Below the pieces are notes generated by a model. The model was not told the origin of the DNA. It ran no database searches and was given only the letters and a program-made list of their open reading frames with translations. Shown here in pieces: positions 30,537 to 36,477 of a stretch of 36,477 nucleotides of DNA (position 1 is the first letter of the stretch; each line of letters begins with the position of its first letter). The DNA comes from Licmophora abbreviata. Its lineage: Eukaryota. The translations under genes and the position numbers were made by a program. The stretch is from contig OLMU01000051.1 of assembly GCA_900291995.1 (NCBI GenBank), forward strand, positions 1 through 36,477, written 5' to 3'.

Positions 30537-30889
30537 GATTTGGTGGGATGCAGAGAGTTGTAGTTGTGTCGGTGATGTATGTCTTTTTGTCGTCCGCAGT
30601 AGGTCGAGAGGGATTTTGTGAGCACAATTCGCGCGAAGCTGGGCTTGTGTGGCGTGGAATGCCCTATGATTTGCACATACGAAGGTTTTGGTATTCATGC
30701 GTTGTAGGAATAGAATCATTTTCTGGAAGAGTCTGTTCATCGTACGAGAAAACGGAAGGCCTTTCTTTTTCCTTTTCGCAGAACGAAAAGGCGGCGAAGC
30801 AGAGAGAGGATCATGAGACCATGATGACGATGCTGAGGACCGATTTATGATCGCTCGTGGAAGCAAGTCTCTATCGACTAAATTAAATC

Positions 30890-33800
30890 ATGTCGTACCA
30901 TGAGTATGAAAGAATACACGAGGTTCACCCCTACAAGCGGCGTCGACAACGACTCGAAAAGCCTTTCAAACAAACACTGTCGAGAATGATGGTATTTGCC
31001 GTTTGGACGTTGGCGATCTGTGAAACCACTGTTGTTCGTGCGTTTGGGGTCTTGCGGAAACACCCTACTCATCTTTTATCAAGTGATGGCTCATTTAGAA
31101 GACATGAATGTGCATCAGGGGGAGCCCGTGTATCGGCTGTTGGCAAACTCTGGAGTGATCGAGGAGGACGATCCGACTCTGCATCATCCTCGCATCCAGT
31201 AAGTGGCAAAAATTCTACTGCTGCCACCTCTCATTGGATTTCTCCGGAACAAATCGAGACTTTGAAACAAAGTGTCAGCATTGTGGATGTCATTGAGTCC
31301 TACAACTTACCCGGCTTTCAACGCAAGAGTAGTAGTACTGCCGTGGCTGTCTGTCCCTTTCACAATGACCACAATCCATCGCTCCAAATAATGGACGACA
31401 ACCAGCGCGGAAAATTGTACATGTGCTTTGCGTGTGGAGCCGGAGGGGATCTATTCAACTTTGTGAGAGAATACGATGCACTTGGAAAGGGAGAATCGGG
31501 CAAGATGTCGTTTTATCAGGCGGTCCGGCATGTAGCGAGGGAGTTTGGCGGCGGAGATGCGACTGCGGAGCTTTTGCAAAAGTCCAAATCGCGTCTGACG
31601 GAAGAGCAGCGACAGGAACTGCAGACGAAGCAACATAGACTTCGTTTGGCCAACACCCTAGCGGCAGAGTTTTATGGCAAGTGTTTGGTCTCACTTCCGG
31701 CGGCGGGTGCGGCCAGGCAACACTTGCGCGACCGAAATCTTGCGCCTTCCACCGTCCGAGCCTTTGCGATGGGATATGCGCCAGATGCATATTTTCAAGG
31801 AAAAAGAAAGGAGTGGGGCGAGGGGAGTTTGGTATATTATCTGCGAGATAAGGGATTCCGTCCGCAGGAACTGATTGATGCGGGGTTGGCTACACGCACA
31901 AAACGAGCACAGTGGCGCGATGTTGTGGACTCCGCGGGCGCTACAAATACAACCGGCAAATCTGATTACGAAGACAGTGACTACTCGTTTTTGATGGATC
32001 GCTTTCGGGGACGTCTGATGGCGCCGATCTTTGACTCCTCTGGGACGCACGTGATCGGTTTCGGGGGCAGAATACTAAACGAGGAACCAGGAGAGTCCGG
32101 GTTCAAGCCACCGAAGTATCTCAACAGCCCTGAGACGTTGGTGTTCCACAAGAAAAATGAACTATTTGGGCTAAGTTATGCTAACCATGCCATTCAAGAT
32201 CAGAAGAAATCGTCGGTCGGTTCGCCTGGTCACGACCGGGGGTCCATCGTGATTGTAGAGGGATACATGGATGCTATTGCTTTGTGGGATGCTGGTATCC
32301 ACGAAGTTGTCGCCAGTATGGGAACTGCTCTCACTATGGAACAACTATCGGCAGCGGCTAGAGCCGTGGGAACCCGAGGTTAGTTTCACTATTGCTCTTT
32401 CGCAACCTCAATCGATTTTTCGGACGCCCCCGTGTTCTCGTTTTGCTTACGATGCACCGTGTGCCTATCTAACTTTCGATGTTTTCCAAAATAGGTCGGA
32501 TAGTACTCTGCCTTGATAACGACGAAGCTGGGGAGAACGCCGTTGAGCGTCTTTGTGGTGGCTCGATACTAGAAAAGATTGTGGGGACATATGTGGTCGA
32601 GATTCTTGTTGCATCACTCCCCTCTGGAGTCAAGGACCCAGCCGATTTCGTCGCAGCCAACGTGAAAGGAAGCAAGTCCGGTGTCGACGACGTGTTTCGG
32701 CATGAGGTGATAGACACTTCTGGCGACTGGACTGTTTGGTACATCAATCTCCTGCTCTCGCGATACGATCCGCGTGCACTTCGAGGATCCGCCGGAAGCT
32801 TTGGAGACGTGTGCGATCGTATTTCTGAGTATCTATCGACGTTCCCCAATCCGGCAGATCGCATCCAGCGTACCCATGACGTCGCAGGTTCGCTCGCTGA
32901 AAAGATAGGTCAAACTACCGATGGGGGTACGGTTTCGAGTGCGCTGCGTATTCAGTTGGAGTCAGATCTTGTCAATATGGTCGCACGGAAGGTCAGCTCA
33001 AAGGAGTCTGTGGAACGAAGAATCGAGGCTGTGGATGGTGTTTCGGAAAAGAATACCAAAGATACATTGGCGCGTATGGGAAAAGGGGAGACGATTTCCA
33101 CGTCCGATGAGGAGCAATCGAGATTGTCGTCGCGCGCTCTGCGTGCCGCCAACCGAGACAAACCAAAGGCGCTTCCGCAGCGATCGCAATCGAGTTCACG
33201 AAACGTCAGTATGCAGAAATCTAGTGGTCGAAACGTCGCGTCGCACCGCAAACGACAAAAGATACGGCGTCCAGATCGTAAGCCTGTCGACCCTCCACTG
33301 ACACCGCACTTTTCCGGGTTTGAGTTTGCGAATAAGAGTGATGCCGATTGGTTGGGACTGCCGAGCGATAAGGTGAGACCAGCGCCGCTTTCTTGTACGA
33401 GTTTCATGTGATACGTTTGTCGCCTGATCTCACGTGGTTGGTAATTTGGATCAACAATCAGTGGAAACGACAGAAAAAGGATCTGACTCTTGGGAAGAAA
33501 CTTGGCATGACAAATACGGGCAGGGCCCGTGGGGAGGAGACTGTACCCGGCTTGGGTCTGAACGAGGCTGTTTACTTCAATTCAAATCTTTATCACGGAA
33601 GCCAGTTCATCACAGATGATGCCATCGACGCTGGATATATGACAGGTGATGTATCTCGAGACGTATCTATCCTCGAACATGGCGTCGCTTCGCTTGTAGC
33701 TCAAGAGCCAGAGACGGTGGTCAGCGCTGCCGAAGACAAGCTGCTGCGGTGCCTGGTAGCACATTCGTCTGCTCGCTCAGCCATGAAGACTGCGATGCTC

Positions 33801-35231
33801 ACCAGCGACGCGACAGGCTCCCGAGGTAGAATCGAATGGAGTACTCCCGAACGCGAGTGGCTCTTTGCATCTCTGCTGGAAAACGAAGACAATTTTCCGG
33901 AGAGCGAAGGTGGCTCTGAAGGTCTGCGAAACAGCCTTGCCAACCTGCCTGGCGTTCCCCGTGGTGCCTTTGGCCTTGTGCATCCTCGTTATAACGAGGA
34001 CGTGGCAGGCAATGCTGACTCTCACGGTATAAGCGCTCAAGAGAAGAACAATTGTCTTCCTTCGGCCGTCGGGATGGACCAAGATGACGCGAACGTGCCA
34101 TCCGACGCCGGAGATATTGAGAAGTGGGCCTCCGCCTACGATCCTGGGACATTTGATCCGGAGAATGTGGTTCCTGAAGTCGAAGTTGTCTCCGCTGCCG
34201 GTGATGGCCGCCCTTTCGTTAGTGAAACCTCTATGGACGGCACATTGGACAAGTACTTTGCATGCGAAGATGATATGTTCGCCCACACATACGACGACTC
34301 CGTCTGTCGTGAGCTACGAGCGGAGCTTGAAGTACAAGAGTCACTCGCGACGCTTTTGAAGGCGTCAGCGCTAAAACAGCTTTCTTTGGTGAAGACGGAG
34401 TATATCTCTGTGACACGTGCATTAGGTGGTCGTGAGACGGACCAAAACGACCGACTGGCAGAGAGCTCTCTCATCGCACCGGAAGGCGCAAACGAGCTCG
34501 ACTCCACACCAACCGAAGATTTGAAGGCCTACGGTGACTCGCTTGCCCGGAAGCTTCGTGACTTATCGGAAACGGTACACCATCTTCACCAGTCCGCGAA
34601 GAGGATTGGGTCTCGCTTGCTAGACTACAGCAACGTGGACGGGCTCGAAGGCCGACTCTCTATTGCACTACAGGAAGAACTGGCTGCTGCCGTGGACGTT
34701 CATGTCGAAAATCTACCCGAGATATGGTACAACCAAAGTGTTGCCAACAATACGTCTATTGACCGCCGATATCTCCACAATCTCGATCGCTCCCGAGGAT
34801 GGAGGGATAACTACGATGAGGGCGCCGAGGAGACACTTGAACAGGACATGTCACGAATTGAAGAGGAATGGGGCCGATGGTGCAACGACGACTTCACCTG
34901 GTCGCCCGATGACTCCTTGGACCGTACGAGTTGGGCAAAGGCTGAAAGTAGCACCGTTGACTTGCCTGGAATCGTGGATGAGCTACGCGATGATGAACCC
35001 CTGGAAGATGCGCTCTCCAGAATTGATGAGGAGTGGGGAGACTGGACTCGGGATGACTTTGCTTCCCCTCTTCGACGTTCTTCGGTACCCTCGGACGCAT
35101 CGGATGGGATTGACTTTTCAGAGTATAGACGAAGCGGAGGCAACAACAAAATCGACGAGGTGAGCGACGTCGCGTCCATCAAGCCGGAAGAAGGTAAAAG
35201 GGGTTTGGACTTCGACTCAGTTTTTGAATAG
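30890..35231 (+). CDS. dnaG: Bacterial-type DNA primase DnaG, nucleus-encoded and organelle (plastid)-targeted, with a long C-terminal extension; 3 exons, ~1378 aa
   Basis: Exons 30890-32378, 32495-33372 and 33462-35231; introns 32379-32494 (CTAAC branch-like site) and 33373-33461; spliced length 4137 nt is in frame. CHC2 zinc finger CPFHNDHNPS...CFACG; DRFRGRLMAPI; KYLNSPET; TOPRIM motifs VEGYMD, LDNDEAG and KDPAD. A signal peptide ends at VRA|FG. Confidence 0.93.
34827..35060 (+). repeat. Two degenerate 23-aa coding repeats in the DnaG C-terminal tail (34827-34895 and 34992-35060)
   Basis: EETLEQDMSRIEEEWGRWCNDDF versus DEPLEDALSRIDEEWGDWTRDDF: 14/23 identical by manual alignment, with a 165-nt period. 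Confidence 0.85.
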
Positions 35232-35274
35232 GCTGTCTATCCGTTGTTAAAAAGAACCATAGAGTTCGATATCG

Positions 35275-36477
35275 CTATTCCGATTCGGGCATGCCTTCAT
35301 CAAGAATACCTGCTGCGGTCAAAGCGTCTTTCAGGTTTGGATTTGTTCGCCATATCTGCTCACGTAAGACCCAGTCTCTGTAGCCGGGCGGCACCTCCTT
35401 CCATTGTATTCCACGATGCTTGCCAAACTCAAACGCATAGTCAACGGCTTGCTGACTTTGCACCGCTGGAGAGAGAGGAGGAGGCTTTTCGCGAACAAGC
35501 CCATTGGCAGCAAGCGCTCGCCATAGTGCAGGACGAGACCGCCAAACAGCACCATTGTCGGTTTCAACAAGAAAGGTCAAATAATCCCGCGGTACATCCT
35601 CTATCCGAAGCCCCTTGTGCTTTCCAAAGTCCATGGTATACACTTTCTCCTGTCGTGAAGACTCGCCCCCCGGTGTGCACGAAAGCACGCGATCAATGTC
35701 GTTCTGCTTTGCCAAGAGCTGACGGGCGATCCATTCGTCGACAGTATCTTGGAACACACAATACTGCACATGAACATTGTCCCTCTGTCCTACGCGATGA
35801 CACCTGTCTTCCGCTTGTGCCATGATGGCAGGAGACCAGTCTAGTTCCAAAAAAACAACATGACTTGCTGCCGTAAGAGTCACACCGACGCCAGCAGCAC
35901 GAATGCTCCCGACAAAGAGGCGTACACTATCGTCATTCTGAAAACGCCGTACCGCCTCGGAACGACTCTCCGTATCCATACCTCCAACAATGCTGACGGC
36001 GGCATCCCCAAATTCCTCCACTACCTCTTGAATAACGGCTCGATGATGCGCAAAAACCACCACTTTCTGGGACAGTACCGCGTCTTTGCCGGGCGAACCT
36101 TGAGCAACGCCGTTTCCTTTCGGATTGTAGCGAGCGTTCCTAGTATCCGATTGCTGTTGCCATCGCCTTGCTCGTTGTCACGAAGTAGGGCGTCCAATAC
36201 ATGCGGAGGAAGACCAAGGTACTGCAATAACCCACCAGCAGCGGCACTGAATTCCCCCAAATCATTGTTCGACTTGCTTATGAAATCTTTGGCATCCTCA
36301 TTGGAATATGCAATAGAAGCACTCCTCGCATCGCCGCTATCCCCATGGTCCCCACTGTTCTCCATCATCATGAGCTCTACAACCCGCTCCCGTTCCATCC
36401 TTGCAGCATTCGATCCATCGTCCAAACGAACACAAGACCGCAGTTTCGGAGGCAACTCGCTCAGCACGTCCGCCTTG
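35275..36477 (-). CDS. SNF2-family helicase (SMARCAL1/HARP-like), 5'-partial, with two C-terminal FGKH(K/R)G domains; apparent frameshift near 36085
   Basis: KADVLSELPPKLR lies at the window edge. The HELICc motifs KVVVFAHH, FVGSIRAAGVGVTLTAA, ELDWSP and QAEDRCHRVGQ lie in a different frame from the upstream ETALLKV. May be a pseudogenised allele or a sequence error. Confidence 0.85.

Noticed and set aside
30713..30791. Heat-shock-element-like TTCtgGAA and an 8-bp hairpin (CCTTTTCG-cagaa-CGAAAAGG, 30771-30791) between HSF and dnaG
   Set aside because: Only two correctly spaced nGAAn units are present, and an 8-bp stem is plausible by chance; too weak to claim autoregulation or a terminator.
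25434..35231. Bacterial origin or contamination of the window, suggested by sigma-70 and DnaG
   Set aside because: Both genes carry in-frame GT-AG introns and eukaryotic targeting presequences, and they sit among eukaryote-specific genes (COG8, HSF, presenilin).
36067..36098. 32-nt GT...AG segment as an intron that would restore the SNF2 frame
   Set aside because: It is far shorter than the 80-243 nt introns elsewhere in the window, lacks a pyrimidine tract, and splicing it would delete a structural helix. Not excluded without RNA data.
1..36477. CRISPR arrays, tRNA/rRNA genes, LTRs or terminal inverted repeats
   Set aside because: None were recognised by eye and the intergenic space is small. 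A covariance-model search (Infernal, tRNAscan-SE) of 27728-28686 and the introns would be needed to exclude small ncRNAs.

Overview
Gene-dense eukaryotic nuclear DNA, most likely from a diatom (inference). The evidence is short GT-AG introns of 80-243 nt, bipartite signal-peptide + 'A-F' plastid-targeting N-termini, nucleus-encoded sigma-70 and DnaG genes, and intergenic gaps mostly under 550 bp. I support 15 protein-coding genes. In order: a >=1280-aa intronless Tudor-like/PLU-1-like nuclear protein that runs off the left edge and is absent from the ORF track; presenilin A (-); a HAD phosphatase; a 2-TM unknown protein; a DHX29-like helicase; presenilin B (+); COG8; dihydroxyacetone kinase; a PAP2 phosphatase; an MJ1255-like GT-B glycosyltransferase; a Cys-rich secreted protein; a plastid sigma factor; an HSF transcription factor; a 1378-aa bacterial-type DnaG primase; and a partial SMARCAL1/HARP-like SNF2 helicase. 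The main points of interest are: (i) two divergently oriented presenilin paralogs that share an unexplained conserved module in the cytosolic loop; (ii) a primase with a long C-terminal extension ending in duplicated Trp/acidic repeats and an SSB-tip-like terminus; (iii) a convergent SNF2 helicase with two prokaryote-type 'FGKH(K/R)G' domains and an apparent frameshift; (iv) an AT-hook-like motif in the sigma factor; and (v) basic extensions upstream of four plastid signal peptides. No RNA genes, mobile elements or CRISPR arrays were recognised. Splice models were built by hand and family calls come from motif recognition, not database searches.
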